A stretch of DNA of 64,000 nt from an uncultured delta proteobacterium (GCA_963808625.1 CAWEHK010000024.1:1-64000), one strand, 5' to 3'. Shown: positions 41,326-52,389, counted from the stretch's first letter. Translations and numbers: made by a program. The notes: a model not told the origin generated them from the letters alone.

Positions 41326-41430
41326 TACTGCAACGACGTTTCCGCAGGGGACCTCAATGTGTGGGCCCAGGCTCCCCAGCCTGCCATGACGAACGGGCCA
41401 GAGGGCAGGCTCGAAAGCCTTACCAGCCGG
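41322..41430. repeat. MITE/REP element of the GGCAGGCTTTCCAGCCTGCC family
   Basis: Related copies at 57376-57401, 59606-59710 and 63765-63907. Confidence 0.65.
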
Positions 41431-41508
41431 TGCTCTGCCCATCTGAAGACGGCATAAGGGGAGAGGGGCGCTTGCGCAGCAGGCCCTTCGGAACCGGAAC
41501 GCTTCTGC

Positions 41509-41943
41509 TCACAGGAATTGCTTGTAGTACAGAGAACTGCTTAGCACAAGACCCGTACCAATGGTCAAATAGATCGCGGCAAGCAAGAGTCGCGAGAGGT
41601 GTGAATGGCGAAGCGTTATGCCCAGGATGACCATTACGAGAATCAGAAGGTAGCTGCGCCAGGCCTGGAAGGCAAAAAAGCATACGCGCTCAGGCTGTTG
41701 GGCAATGCGCCTGATATTCCTCTGCGCAATTGCCGAAAAACCCAGGCGATAGGCCAAAATTCCGAGGCCGACTCCCACTGCGGCAGTCACCATGCTCTGA
41801 GGCCATTCGCAATGAGAGAGCCAGTAACAGGCAGCGAGGCAGAGTGCGATTCCCACTCCGGACCAGAGCAATCCGGCAATGAGCAGCAGCCAATATCGAG
41901 CAACTGCGGGAGTATACTTTCTCTCCACTGATCTTTTTGACAA
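41509..41943 (-). CDS. Hypothetical membrane protein
   Basis: Four hydrophobic segments; RBS GGAGGAG. Confidence 0.7.
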   Translation of the reverse strand: MSKRSVERKYTPAVARYWLLLIAGLLWSGVGIALCLAACYWLSHCEWPQSMVTAAVGVGLGILAYRLGFSAIAQRNIRRIAQQPERVCFFAFQAWRSYLLILVMVILGITLRHSHLSRLLLAAIYLTIGTGLVLSSSLYYKQFL

Positions 41944-42008
41944 AAACTCCTCCGTTCACGAAAACCGTTCAAGGTATTCATCCCAACGCTCTCCAGATCA
42001 AAGCCCCT

Positions 42009-42147
42009 TAGTACCGCTCAACAGAAGAAAGTGACCGATGTCCTTTTCGTCATTCCGGGGGCAGCCGGAATCCAGAAAGGTACTGGATGCGGGTGTTCAC
42101 CGGCACGACGGTGTGGCTATTGGACACTTATCTCAGTGCTGCTGTAA
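42009..42147. repeat. Palindromic repeat / MITE-like element (CGTCATTCCGG..CCGGAATCCAG..CTGGAT..GAC type)
   Basis: Internal palindromes and imperfect inverted flanks. Confidence 0.5.
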
Positions 42148-43356
42148 TCAGTTCTCGAGCTGTCCCGACATGTTGGCCACCAGATATTCGGCGATGGCAA
42201 GAGAGGACGTAGCAGCAGGAGACGGGGCATTGAGAACATGCAGCATGCGCTCTTTTTGCACGATGGCAAAATCGTCAAGAAGTGCGCCGTCGTTTCCCAG
42301 GGCCTGTGCCCGGACCCCCGAACCGCTCGGCAAGAGGTCTTCTCGACGAATTTCCGGGATGAGCCGCTGCAAGGCTTGCGCAAAGCGGGCCTTGGAAAAG
42401 GAACGTACCATCTCCATCCATCCCGGTCCCCAATACCGCGACACCAAACGCCAGAAGCCCCGGTACTGGAGGACCTCGACCAGTTCACGCCAGGCAATGT
42501 CGCTTTTCCGGTAACCCTCCCTGGCCCATGCCAGAACGGCATTGGGGCCGGCTTCAACCTTGCCGTCGATCATTCGTGTAAAGTGGACGCCCAGAAAAGG
42601 AAACCGCGGATCAGGAACGGGATAGATAAGCCCGTTGACCAAGTGGCTCCTCTCGGGCCTGATCTGATAGTACTCTCCGCGAAATGGAACAATCCGGCAG
42701 GAAATGGATCCTCCCGCCATCACCGCCACACGATCAGCGTAAAGACCGGCACAGTTGATGATAAACCGCGATCGGAACTTGCCCCGACTGGTGCTGAGGC
42801 GAACGGCGTGGGGACCAGCCGCGATGGCCTCGAGGCGATGGCCTAAAAAAATCTGTCCTCCTGCAGCGGTAAAGTTTCGCGCATAAGCTTGAGCGACCTG
42901 TTGAAAACTGACGATACCCGTGGCCGGAACATGCAGAGCTTGCAGACAGTGCGTGTGAGGCTCGAAAGCTCTGGCTTCAGCGGGGTCCAAGAGACGTAAT
43001 CCCGTTACGCCATTGGCGTTTCCTCTCCGGTGAAGTTCCTGCAGCCCGGGTATTTCGTTCGGATCTGTGGCTATCACCAGCTTGCCGCAGCGTTCGAAAG
43101 GCACGGCGTTTTCCTGGCAAAACCGCACGAGATGTTGTGCTCCGCGTACACATAAGGTGGCTTTGAGGGACCCCGGTCGATAGTAAATCCCGGAGTGAAT
43201 GACCCCGCTGTTGTGACCCGTCTGATGCTGCGCCAGTTCAAGCTCCTTTTCCACAACGGCCAACTTGAGATGGGGATGCGTTTTCGCCAGCGTCATGGCC
43301 GTGGCCAATCCAATAATACCGCCGCCGATAACAATCACGTCGAACGTTTCATTCAT
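42148..43356 (-). CDS. lhgO: L-2-hydroxyglutarate oxidase
   Basis: GGGIIG, HQTGHNSGVIHSGIYY, YPVPDPRFPFLGVHFT, NAPSPAATSS. Confidence 0.93.
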   Translation of the reverse strand: MNETFDVIVIGGGIIGLATAMTLAKTHPHLKLAVVEKELELAQHQTGHNSGVIHSGIYYRPGSLKATLCVRGAQHLVRFCQENAVPFERCGKLVIATDPNEIPGLQELHRRGNANGVTGLRLLDPAEARAFEPHTHCLQALHVPATGIVSFQQVAQAYARNFTAAGGQIFLGHRLEAIAAGPHAVRLSTSRGKFRSRFIINCAGLYADRVAVMAGGSISCRIVPFRGEYYQIRPERSHLVNGLIYPVPDPRFPFLGVHFTRMIDGKVEAGPNAVLAWAREGYRKSDIAWRELVEVLQYRGFWRLVSRYWGPGWMEMVRSFSKARFAQALQRLIPEIRREDLLPSGSGVRAQALGNDGALLDDFAIVQKERMLHVLNAPSPAATSSLAIAEYLVANMSGQLEN

Positions 43357-43371
43357 TCCCTCTCCTATCTC

Positions 43372-43463
43372 AGTGGCGAGTGGCTAGTGGTTAGTGACTA
43401 GCGAGTAGCCACACTGGTTGTCAGCCACCAGCCACTAATCACTAGCCACTGATCACTGACCAC
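43372..43463. repeat. Inverted heptamer arrays (TAGTGGC / CCACTAG type)
   Basis: Same unit as at 6604-6668. Confidence 0.75.
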
Positions 43464-44739
43464 TGCTATCCAGGCAGGGATTGAAATAGCCGAAGCGGAG
43501 GTCGGGGAAACGATCCTGCAAACGCTTCATCCACTGCCGGATACCCATGGCTTTCCTGATTTTGGGGACCTCCAAAGTCTTCAGATACCATTCCGGATCA
43601 ATGTTCAGGTTACGCATCTGAATAAGGTCGGCCCGCGTTTCTTCAAGAAAACGGCACAGGGCCTGCCATTCTTCCTCCTGATCGGTAAAACCGGGCAAAA
43701 CAAAGTAGTTGATGGAGGCGAACCCGCCATGAGCTTTGACGACCTGAAGGGATGTCTTGAGGGCTTCAAAGGTGTAGCCTCGAGGTCTGAAGTAGGCCGT
43801 ATAATACCTGGGACGGCAACTGTTCAGGCTCACGCGGATGCTGTCCAGTCCGGCCTGGCAAAGCTTCTTCACGGCTTCGGGCAGGCTGCCGTTGGAGTTG
43901 AGATTGATCGTGCCGCGCACACAGGTCTGCCGCATCATGCGCAAGGCTTCCCCGATGACTTCGGCCTGCAGCAGCGGTTCCCCCTCACAGCCCTGGCCGA
44001 AGCTTACCACCGCCCTCGGGGCTCCCTCGAGGTGAGGGATGGCGACCCCGGCAATTTCCTCAGGGGTGGGCACGAAGCTTATCCGTTCCTGCGTCGCGCA
44101 GAGCTCCGTACCTTCCTGAAGACTGATGCATCCGAGGCATTGAGCGTTGCACACCGGGGAAGTAGGTAAGGGCGCTTCCCAGCGATTCATGAAAAGGTTT
44201 CTTGCGGCAGGGCAACCGTAGGCGAGAGCGCATTTCCCCAGATGACGGATGAGCCTGTTGCGTTGTTCCTTCCTGATGCGGGCATGGGCTCTTCGTCTGA
44301 TCTCTTCGGGGTCGAAATGATGGAAGTCCTGACGTTCATCAGGGTCGACGCGCACCCCTGCGGCGACAAAATGCCCATCCTTCCAGCCGACCGCAGTATA
44401 GGCAAAAAGAGGCAGGAGCGGAGCTTCAGGAAGGGTCTTGTACGCGGCCGAGTAAATCTGGGTATAAGCGGGTGCCATAAACGCTGCAACCGCCTGGACC
44501 GGTTTCGACGGGTCATAAGGGTCGTGGGCAAGGACTTCACCGCACCTTTTTGTCTTATTGTAGCCTACGGGGAGCCGTTGTGGGAGGAGAAAGAGCTCAC
44601 TGCCGGGAGGAAGAGGGACCCACTCGCCGGGCCCTACGCGTTCATATTGACCGCCGCTGGCGCCCAGCATTTCCAACTTTGGCCATTCAAAAATTCTGCC
44701 TTCCGCATCCGCATAAACGAGGAAAGGCCTATTTGTCAT
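43453..44739 (-). CDS. Radical SAM protein
   Basis: CNAQCLGC motif, SFGQGCEGEP. Confidence 0.88.
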   Translation of the reverse strand: MTNRPFLVYADAEGRIFEWPKLEMLGASGGQYERVGPGEWVPLPPGSELFLLPQRLPVGYNKTKRCGEVLAHDPYDPSKPVQAVAAFMAPAYTQIYSAAYKTLPEAPLLPLFAYTAVGWKDGHFVAAGVRVDPDERQDFHHFDPEEIRRRAHARIRKEQRNRLIRHLGKCALAYGCPAARNLFMNRWEAPLPTSPVCNAQCLGCISLQEGTELCATQERISFVPTPEEIAGVAIPHLEGAPRAVVSFGQGCEGEPLLQAEVIGEALRMMRQTCVRGTINLNSNGSLPEAVKKLCQAGLDSIRVSLNSCRPRYYTAYFRPRGYTFEALKTSLQVVKAHGGFASINYFVLPGFTDQEEEWQALCRFLEETRADLIQMRNLNIDPEWYLKTLEVPKIRKAMGIRQWMKRLQDRFPDLRFGYFNPCLDSSGQ

Positions 44740-45649
44740 CCGCATTTTCCAGGAGCTCTGCAAAGCTCAATAACCGGGCTCTAACTGTATGTTTCAAAAG
44801 ATGCAGCAATTCGTTGAGGAACTCGAAAGCAAAAAGGGTCATCCGCTGGTGGTGAAGCATGATCCCGACCGGCTCCTTCTTCGTCAAAATATTGCTTAAC
44901 TCATCCAGCAGCGTAAGGAAATCGGCGCGGCTATCTTTTGCTTTTCGCGTGTGGAGGTCAAGCTGAATCCTTAAATTCCTGAGACTAATGCCGGGTCTAA
45001 GGCTGCTCGGAAAGGGCCTGGTCATCGAGACTGCCTTAAAATCCAATTCCTGGAGGATTTTCAGCGTGGCGAGCGGGAGCCTGTTCCAAGGTGGAGTAAA
45101 GACAGGGACAAGGCGCTCCCCAAAAATCTGGGTCATCTTTTTTAAGCCCAGGCAGATATCATGCCATTGTTTTTCGGCAGGTCTCTGTTCTCCGAATTCC
45201 GACTTCTCCCCTGCCGGCTGACAGTTGATATGGCGCCAGCCATGCTGGTGCCAGCCCCAGAGTGGCTCCTCAAGAGGGGCCGCAGCAAACAGTTGATCGG
45301 CTCTGGTGCCGGTCAACCAGGCGGGGACGACGGCCAGCGCCAGCGGGACATGATGATACCGAAACAGCCGGCAAAGGGCCAGGAACGCCTGTCCCCCGGC
45401 CCCGATATCGTCAGCTCGAAAGAACAGGCTCGGAGGATGACTCCCAAGGTCGCATTCGAGAGCGGACGCCAGTTCCTGGCGCCACTCCCGGAACGGCCGT
45501 TCCCAGAGTGCCGAGCACTGACGGGGCCGGTAGTGAAGCGGCAGGCCGAAATCCTGAGGGGTCGGGAGGCGTTCATCGATCAAAGAATATATCCTTCCGT
45601 TATCAAGAGTCTGGTAGAATTGCCGATGCCCAGTTCTCACTCGAATCAT
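44729..45649 (-). CDS. Polysaccharide deacetylase-like protein (start uncertain)
   Basis: FRADD, HQHGWRH, FTPPWN, MLHH. Confidence 0.75.
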   Translation of the reverse strand: MIRVRTGHRQFYQTLDNGRIYSLIDERLPTPQDFGLPLHYRPRQCSALWERPFREWRQELASALECDLGSHPPSLFFRADDIGAGGQAFLALCRLFRYHHVPLALAVVPAWLTGTRADQLFAAAPLEEPLWGWHQHGWRHINCQPAGEKSEFGEQRPAEKQWHDICLGLKKMTQIFGERLVPVFTPPWNRLPLATLKILQELDFKAVSMTRPFPSSLRPGISLRNLRIQLDLHTRKAKDSRADFLTLLDELSNILTKKEPVGIMLHHQRMTLFAFEFLNELLHLLKHTVRARLLSFAELLENADDK

Positions 45650-45797
45650 GGGAAAATAAAACAGCTGACGGACTGATCCGCACGACTCCTGTGGGGTGAT
45701 CAGACTATAGGAGACCTGGCCATTCGTCAAGATTATCAAACTTGCATTGAAAACGGTGGTTGGTGGACAGCGGTCAGTAAGGAAGGAGAATTGCGTA

Positions 45798-47032
45798 TTG
45801 GAGGAAGAACGGATCGATGCTCAGGGGCATCACGCTTACCTGCGGCATATGAAACAATACGTGCAGGCGCCGGTTCATCGCTTTGCCGCGATCGTACCCC
45901 CGGAATTGGCGAGGATTTGTTGTGGGGAGTTGGTCTCTTTGGGGTTTTCCGAGGCGACCGTGACCGATGCCGGAGTGGAGTTTTTCGGCAAACTCAGATC
46001 GTGCTATTTGCCCAACCTGTGCTCTGCGCACCGCGAGTCGCATCCTTTGCCGCTTTCCTCCCTTCCGTGCGGGCGCGGTCGAGGAATTGTTCCGGAGGGC
46101 CTCGAATTGCCGTTGGGAGTTGTGGTTGAATGCGGAAGTCCCCTTAGAGGTGAGGGCTTTCGTTCAAAACTCACGCATCGCGCATGAAACCCTGGTGGTG
46201 CAAACCGTCATAGACGCAGTGGAAAGGCGCTTTCACGCACAGCATCGCACTCCTCCTGCGTGCCTGTCTTCAGCCGTCGCGGATGAAGGCGACAGAGCCT
46301 CGACACCTTCATTGAGGCAACGGGTGCTGGTTCATCTCCGGGAGAACCACTGTGAAATCAGCCTGGATACCACGGGAGACCACCTCCATCGGCGCGGCTA
46401 TCGGGTGGAACACACCGGAGCGCCTCTGCGCGAAACCCTGGCTGCCGCCATCCTGTTGCGCTTGAAATGGGACGGTGAGGTGCCTCTGGTCGATGGGATG
46501 TGCGGGGCCGGCACCGTTGCCATCGAAGCGTCCCTGCTTGCCCGTCGGCTGCCGCCCGGCGGCCGAAGATCATTCCTGTTCGAAAGGTGGCCGAGGCTTT
46601 CAGGAGAAGAGCTGGGGCCATCTGCGAAGCAAGCTGGCCGAGCAAGCCCTCACCCGGCCGCATTGTCCGATTCTGGCCCTGGACAGCGACCCAAAGGCGC
46701 TCAGCATTGCCCGAAAAAACGCCGAGCGTGCGGGAGTTGAGCAGGACATCCAATGGCTAGACATGGATTTTTTCACCTTCAGGCCGCAGGATTATCGTTT
46801 GCCCCCCGGTCTCCTGGTCTTGGACCCTCCTTACGGCCGACGCCTGGAAGGCGGCGGGAAGGCCTCCTACGAAGAGCTTGGTCGTCATCTCCGCCGCTTT
46901 TTCGGCGGGTGGCAAACGGCGATCCTGAGTCCAAGCAAGGCGCTGGCCCTGAGTCTGAAAATACCTTCCCTGCGTTTCTGGCAGATCACCCACGGAGGCA
47001 TACCGATCATCGTTGCCCTGGGCCGGGTGTGA
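45798..47032 (+). CDS. THUMP-domain RNA methyltransferase, RlmL-like (two frameshifts)
   Basis: LHRRGYR, APLRETLAAA, DGMCGAGT, DPPYG. Confidence 0.85.
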
Positions 47033-47178
47033 AGGAAGAGGCGCGTGGAGGATGAGATGTTTCTTTTACCGCGGAGAGCGCAGAGTGCACAGAGAGATTT
47101 CGCTCTGAGATCATTGATCTTCTCTGCGATCTCAGTGGTCTCTGCGGTAATTTGCGGAGCCTATGAAAATGAACGTTC

Positions 47179-48186
47179 TCAGCCGGAACCAGGATACTCA
47201 TGTATCTCCGGGGGTGACATGAATTCAGGACCGACCGGGGTCTTGATGTGAGTTTTAAGAATATTCTCCACGGCCTCGAGGTCTTCCGGTTGAATCTGCC
47301 AGCCGGACACTCCCACGTTGTCCTCAACCTGTGCCGCCGTGCGTGCTCCCGCAAGGACCGTGGTGATGCCGGGCTGCTGCAGCACCCAACGCAGGGCAAA
47401 CTGGGCTGCGCTCTTGCCGTATTTTTGCGCCACCTTTTTCACTCTATCTACGGCTTTGACGTACTGCTTGAACCGATCCGGCTTGAATTTTGGGTCGGCG
47501 CGCCGCAAATCACCTCGCGGAAACGTTTCATCGCCCCCGAATTTCCCGGTGAGGAGTCCCCGGCACAGGCCTCCGTATGCCATAGTGGCAATGCCATGGG
47601 CCTGGCAGAAGGGCAACAGATCGTTCTCTGCCTCCCGTTCGAAGAGATTGTACGGTGGCTGCAAACTGTCAATGCGGCCGACACTCTGGCAGGCCATGAG
47701 CTGTTGCCGGTTGAAATTGCTGACTCCAAGATAACGGACCTTGCCGGCATCCTGGAGTTTCAACATCGCCTCCATTGACGTCTCCAAGTGAATTTTGCTG
47801 TCCGGCCAGTGCATCTGGTAGAGGTCGATACGTTCCACACCCAGGCGTTTCAGGCTCTGGTCCACTTCTTGTCGTATTCTTTCCGGGCTGGCATTCCTCC
47901 GGATTCTCTCCTTATCATCCCATTCCAAGCCGCATTTCGTCGCGATTACGACGGGGTCGCGCGCTCCCCATTCCTTCAGGGCTTGCCCGACTATTCTTTC
48001 TGATCTGCCGAAACCATATACCGGGGCCGTATCGATAAAATTAACGCCCAGTTCCAGCGCTCGTCGGATGGCGGTGAGCGACTGTTCGTCGTCGGCGCCT
48101 CCCCATGCCCAGCCCCCTGTGACCCATGTCCCCAGCACAAGGACAGAAACTTCCAGATCAGTTTGTCCGAATCGAACCTTTTCCAT
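47179..48186 (-). CDS. Aldo/keto reductase
   Basis: IDTAPVYG, ATKCG, IDLYQMHWPD, GVSNF. Confidence 0.93.
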   Translation of the reverse strand: MEKVRFGQTDLEVSVLVLGTWVTGGWAWGGADDEQSLTAIRRALELGVNFIDTAPVYGFGRSERIVGQALKEWGARDPVVIATKCGLEWDDKERIRRNASPERIRQEVDQSLKRLGVERIDLYQMHWPDSKIHLETSMEAMLKLQDAGKVRYLGVSNFNRQQLMACQSVGRIDSLQPPYNLFEREAENDLLPFCQAHGIATMAYGGLCRGLLTGKFGGDETFPRGDLRRADPKFKPDRFKQYVKAVDRVKKVAQKYGKSAAQFALRWVLQQPGITTVLAGARTAAQVEDNVGVSGWQIQPEDLEAVENILKTHIKTPVGPEFMSPPEIHEYPGSG

Positions 48187-48348
48187 GGTTGCAGCACCTC
48201 CGTGCGGTTTGTTGGGATGAACCACCAGCAGTCCTCGATCACTCTCCATCTATTGCGAAATTTTGGCATTGTCAAATCCGGTTTCGAGCCTGTATGCTCA
48301 GACGGCTATTTTAAAACAAGGTGAACCTTTAGCATAGAGGAAGGTACG

Positions 48349-48849
48349 ATGAACCTTGACAGCGAATACATGCATGAAAGCGATGACGCAGCGCTTCTGC
48401 CCTGGGCCGAGGCGGGGGGGAAGACGGCGCTCATTTGCATTGCTGATCAGGCCCTCTCGGACAGCATCGCACAGAGCGTCGCAGGGCTGGATTACCATGT
48501 TATCGTTGCCCAGGAGCCCTCATCGGCCCTGACTTGGCTCGAATACGGTCAGTGCGAACTGATCGTTCTGGATGAAAATTATGGCGGAACCGGCTGGTCA
48601 GAGAATCCCGTGCTGCTTAACCTGCAGCGCCAGCCAACGCGAACGCGAAGGAAGTCATTTGTATGTCTTCTTAGTGAACAAACCCCAACGCTCGACCACA
48701 TGGCAGCTTTCCGCTGCGGGGCAAATATGATTCTCAACTTTCGTAATATATTGAAAATGCAGGTGATTCTTCAACGGGCGATAAAGGATCACGAGGCCTT
48801 CTACGCGGTTTTCAAGGACGAGCTCGCCAAAAGGGCATCTTCGGTCTAG
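48349..48849 (+). CDS. Hypothetical protein (degenerate receiver-like fold)
   Basis: RBS GAGGAAGG; alpha/beta pattern resembling a REC domain. Confidence 0.55.
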   Translation: MNLDSEYMHESDDAALLPWAEAGGKTALICIADQALSDSIAQSVAGLDYHVIVAQEPSSALTWLEYGQCELIVLDENYGGTGWSENPVLLNLQRQPTRTRRKSFVCLLSEQTPTLDHMAAFRCGANMILNFRNILKMQVILQRAIKDHEAFYAVFKDELAKRASSV

Positions 48850-48862
48850 AGAAAGGCTCACC

Positions 48863-49159
48863 ATGCTGAAGCGAGGTCCGCAAAAGAAACCAGGTTCGAG
48901 GCATTCTCGGCTGCGCGTGGAAAATTGTGTTGACACCATTTTACAGTTGGACAAGAGTCTCGGCAAAGGCAAGATTAGGCCGGATGTCATAGCGAAATTC
49001 GAGCGGCTGAAAGAGTCTCTGAGGGATGCTGTTGAAGAAAGGATCGATGAACAAGACATTTCAAGAATTGAAGAAGCAACCAATCAGCTGCTCTCGGAAA
49101 TCCGTGTTTCTCTGGGAACGACGGGTGCGCATCCTTGCCATGATGGTCAGACGCACTGA
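48863..49159 (+). CDS. Hypothetical protein
   Basis: RBS, co-oriented ORF with helical composition. Confidence 0.55.
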   Translation: MLKRGPQKKPGSRHSRLRVENCVDTILQLDKSLGKGKIRPDVIAKFERLKESLRDAVEERIDEQDISRIEEATNQLLSEIRVSLGTTGAHPCHDGQTH

Positions 49160-49245
49160 TCTCCGGCGGCGCTTGTGCTGGCATGATTTAATTTGAACCA
49201 TTCCAACGCCGGGTTTGCACAGTTCATTGAGAGGGGGATCGAACG

Positions 49246-49764
49246 GTGGATGTCTTTGTATTTTCAAAAAAGGGAGACCGCGGAGAGACCAGTCTTCTGA
49301 CGGGCGAACGGGTTTCAAAAGCGAGCCTTCGTCCCGAGGCTTATGGGACTTTGGATGAAGCCAGTTCAGCTCTCGGCCTGGCGAGGGCCTTTGCCCAGAA
49401 TCGTGCGATCAAAGACCAGATTTTGACGATCCAGGAGGATTTGCTCGCCCTGGGGGCGGAGTTGGCATGTGAAGGGGAGACGCAGACGGACTATCGGATC
49501 GGGACGGATCGTACCCTCAGATTGGAGCAATGGGTCCGGGAATTGCAGGGAGAGGTGCCGTTGCCGCGTCAGTTTGTTTTTCCGGGGGCGAATGCCGTCA
49601 GTGCTGCGGTGGATCTTGCCCGCACCATCATCCGTCGCGCGGAGCGCCGATGCATCGCCCTCAAGGAATCAGGCCAGCTGGACAACCCCGAGGTCCACGC
49701 CTACTTGAATCGTCTCGCGGACTTCCTCTTCACCCTCGCTCGCTATGCCGAAGAGAAAGGCTAG
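49246..49764 (+). CDS. Cob(I)alamin adenosyltransferase, PduO type
   Basis: KKGDRGETSL, EAYGTLDE, RRAERR, YLNRLADFLF. Confidence 0.9.
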   Translation: MDVFVFSKKGDRGETSLLTGERVSKASLRPEAYGTLDEASSALGLARAFAQNRAIKDQILTIQEDLLALGAELACEGETQTDYRIGTDRTLRLEQWVRELQGEVPLPRQFVFPGANAVSAAVDLARTIIRRAERRCIALKESGQLDNPEVHAYLNRLADFLFTLARYAEEKG

Positions 49765-49928
49765 GAGGCTGTCTGAAAATTGGTCGAAGGTTATGGGGCG
49801 GCGGCGATCAAACCTTGTAGGAGTCGGCTTCCAGCCGCGACCGGACAGGCTAAATCGCGGCTAAATCGCGGCAAGATGCCGCTCCTACAGATGGACTGAC
49901 CAGTTGCATGTCATTTTCAGACAGGCTC
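49765..49928. mobile_element. MITE with 16 bp terminal inverted repeats and a CTAG target duplication, carrying an internal REP doublet
   Basis: CTAG|GAGGCTGTCTGAAAAT ... ATTTTCAGACAGGCTC|CTAG (one mismatch between the ends). Confidence 0.8.
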
Positions 49929-50182
49929 CTAGGCCCGCCTGCCCGCAATTACCATTGCCATTCTGTGCGAAATTGTTTTATAAAACCCAGCTTGCGGTCA
50001 GCATTTTGGGGTGGGGATTTCCGTGAAAGGGCCGTAGAGCTCTGCCGGTGGCTACGGCGAACACCGCGATGGTGCTCATGGTTGGATACAATAGAGGGAC
50101 ATGGGAAGCTGCCGACGCTTAAACTCGAGGATGGCGTCAGAATACTTGCCGAATACTTAAAAGGTCGTGAGGAGGAGCCGAT

Positions 50183-50533
50183 ATGGCTCGGGTAACCATC
50201 GAGGATTGTTTGGACAGGGTTGATAGTCGGTTTGCTCTGGTGCACCTGGCGGTGCGCAGGGTGCTGCAATTGCGCAGTGGGGTCCCGTTGTTGATGGATC
50301 GCCCCAAAAACAAAGAAGTAGTTCTGGCCCTGCGTGAGATTGCAGCCGGCGGGGTGACTCCCGAGAACATTCGCGAGCTCGAGGAAATGAGACTTTTGCC
50401 TGAAGTCAGCTCCCCGGAGAAAGAGGAGGTGAGCCGGACGGAGGTACGGGAAATTCTTGAGGCCGAGACCAGGTACGATGCATCGCTTGAGTATGAGGAT
50501 CAGGCCCAGTTTCCCGAACCGGACGAGGAGTAA
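50183..50533 (+). CDS. rpoZ: RNA polymerase omega subunit
   Basis: [33 protein letters not shown]. Confidence 0.93.
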   Translation: MARVTIEDCLDRVDSRFALVHLAVRRVLQLRSGVPLLMDRPKNKEVVLALREIAAGGVTPENIRELEEMRLLPEVSSPEKEEVSRTEVREILEAETRYDASLEYEDQAQFPEPDEE

Positions 50534-50545
50534 GGGGGCGGTTTT

Positions 50546-50590
50546 TAGCTCTTGGCTCTTTGGCTCTTAGCTCTTGGCTTATCGCTCTTG
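50546..50590. repeat. Heptamer-like tandem repeat (TTGGCTC/TTAGCTC)
   Basis: Seen directly. Confidence 0.6.
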
Positions 50591-50709
50591 GCGGGTGCGT
50601 TGGGAACGGCAAGCACACGCCTCGGGGATGGGGCCTCCGGTTTTGACGCGCTGGCGGCGTTCGGAAACTGGAGCGGGGCATTTACTTTGGGCAATCGAGG
50701 AAGGTTCTG

Positions 50710-51075
50710 ATGGCAAAAAAGTATGACCTGAGCTGCCTGGAGAAACGGGACATCTTGAATGAAGCCGCTGTCTCTCTGGAAACGCTGCGTTCCTGGGGCG
50801 AACATTATGAGGAGGTCGGGTCGCTTTATGAGGCGGTTGACTTCTATGAAAAAGGCGGTTTCAGGGATGCCCTTGCCGGGGTGCTCCCGAAAGCTCGGGA
50901 CGCCGGCAATAGCTTTCTCTTCCGCCGCATCTGTCGCATCCTTGGGTACGAGCCCGGTCGTGAGGAGTGGCTTGCTCTCGCGAAACGGGCCGAAGAGCTC
51001 GGGAAACTTACCTTTGCTGCCGAAGCATACCGCCTTGGCGGGGTCGTGGAGCCACCCAGCGAGGCGACCCACTGA
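50710..51075 (+). CDS. Hypothetical helical-repeat protein
   Basis: RBS GAGGAAGG; lies between rpoZ and dnaJ. Confidence 0.65.
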   Translation: MAKKYDLSCLEKRDILNEAAVSLETLRSWGEHYEEVGSLYEAVDFYEKGGFRDALAGVLPKARDAGNSFLFRRICRILGYEPGREEWLALAKRAEELGKLTFAAEAYRLGGVVEPPSEATH

Positions 51076-51213
51076 CGACGACAGGGAAAATTCAACCGAA
51101 CACGCTTTGCGCATTTCCCCATCTTGACAAGCCCGGAAAACGTGTTTACGGGTTTTTAAGCAAGGGAATCGTTCATCCTCAATTCGACGCAGCCACGGAG
51201 GAATGGTAGTACG

Positions 51214-52389
51214 ATGGGTAAACAAGACTATTATGAAGTCCTCGGCGTATCGCGCCAGGCAGATGAAGAAGAAATAAAAAAGGCCTACCGAAAACTGGCT
51301 CTCAAATATCATCCCGACCGAAATCCGGGAAATAAAGAAGCGGAGGAATGCTTCAAGGAGGCTGCGGAAGCCTACGAGGTCCTTCACGACCCCCAAAAAC
51401 GTCGCATTTACGATACCTATGGATATGAAGGATTGCAGGGTTCAGGATTCAGAGGCTTCCGGGGATTTGATGATATCTTCAGTTCCTTCGGCGATATCTT
51501 TCAGGATTTCTTCTTTGGTTTTGGCGGTTCATCGCGACCCCAAAGCGCCTCCCGAGCCGGTGATGATCTTCTCTACGACATGACTCTGGACTTCGATGAA
51601 GCGGTTTTTGGGGTGGAGAAGCAAATTCAGGTCCAGACCTTTGTCGAATGTGATCATTGCAGAGGCAGTGGTGCTGAAGCCGGCACCAAAGAGGCGACCT
51701 GTCCCATGTGTCAAGGCAGCGGTCAGGTGGTGCAATCGCAGGGGTTTTTTCGCATCAGCACGACGTGCTCCCGGTGTCACGGCACGGGAAGGGTGCTCGT
51801 TTCACCGTGTGGTCACTGCCGCGGTCAGGGCCGCGTAAAAAAGCCGAAGCGGGTTGAGGTGAAGGTCCCCGCAGGGGTGGACACGGGAACGCGCCTGAGG
51901 CTTCGAGGGGAAGGGGAGAGTGGTTATCGGGGCGGACTTTCGGGCGATCTTTACGTCAGATTGAATGTCAAGCCTCACGAATTCTTCGAGAGAGATGGCG
52001 ACAATCTCTATGGAAAGGTTTCCATCTCCTTTGTCCAGGCTGCTTTGGGAGACCAGATCGAGGTTTCCACCCTGGAGGGCAAAAAGACCATTCACATTCA
52101 GCCCGGCACGCAGCCGGGTTCGGTGATTCGCTTTCCGGGTGATGGCGTGCCGCGCCTGCGCGGCAATGGGCGCGGTGATCTTTTCTTCGAGGTGCAGGTG
52201 AAGATTCCGGTGCGCCTGACGGCCCGGCAGGAAGAGTTGCTGCGAGAGTTGATGGAAATTGAAAAGGAGCGAGGCGAGGAAAAGGTCAAGAAATGGCCTT
52301 GGCCGCGCCGCAAGGATCGCGAGAAGGGTGCTGTCTTCAAGCCAGTCGCGAGAAGCAATTTCCTGAAGATGCCTTTTATGATCGAGTGA
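51214..52389 (+). CDS. dnaJ: Chaperone DnaJ
   Basis: HPD motif, four CxxCxGxG repeats. Confidence 0.97.
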   Translation: MGKQDYYEVLGVSRQADEEEIKKAYRKLALKYHPDRNPGNKEAEECFKEAAEAYEVLHDPQKRRIYDTYGYEGLQGSGFRGFRGFDDIFSSFGDIFQDFFFGFGGSSRPQSASRAGDDLLYDMTLDFDEAVFGVEKQIQVQTFVECDHCRGSGAEAGTKEATCPMCQGSGQVVQSQGFFRISTTCSRCHGTGRVLVSPCGHCRGQGRVKKPKRVEVKVPAGVDTGTRLRLRGEGESGYRGGLSGDLYVRLNVKPHEFFERDGDNLYGKVSISFVQAALGDQIEVSTLEGKKTIHIQPGTQPGSVIRFPGDGVPRLRGNGRGDLFFEVQVKIPVRLTARQEELLRELMEIEKERGEEKVKKWPWPRRKDREKGAVFKPVARSNFLKMPFMIE

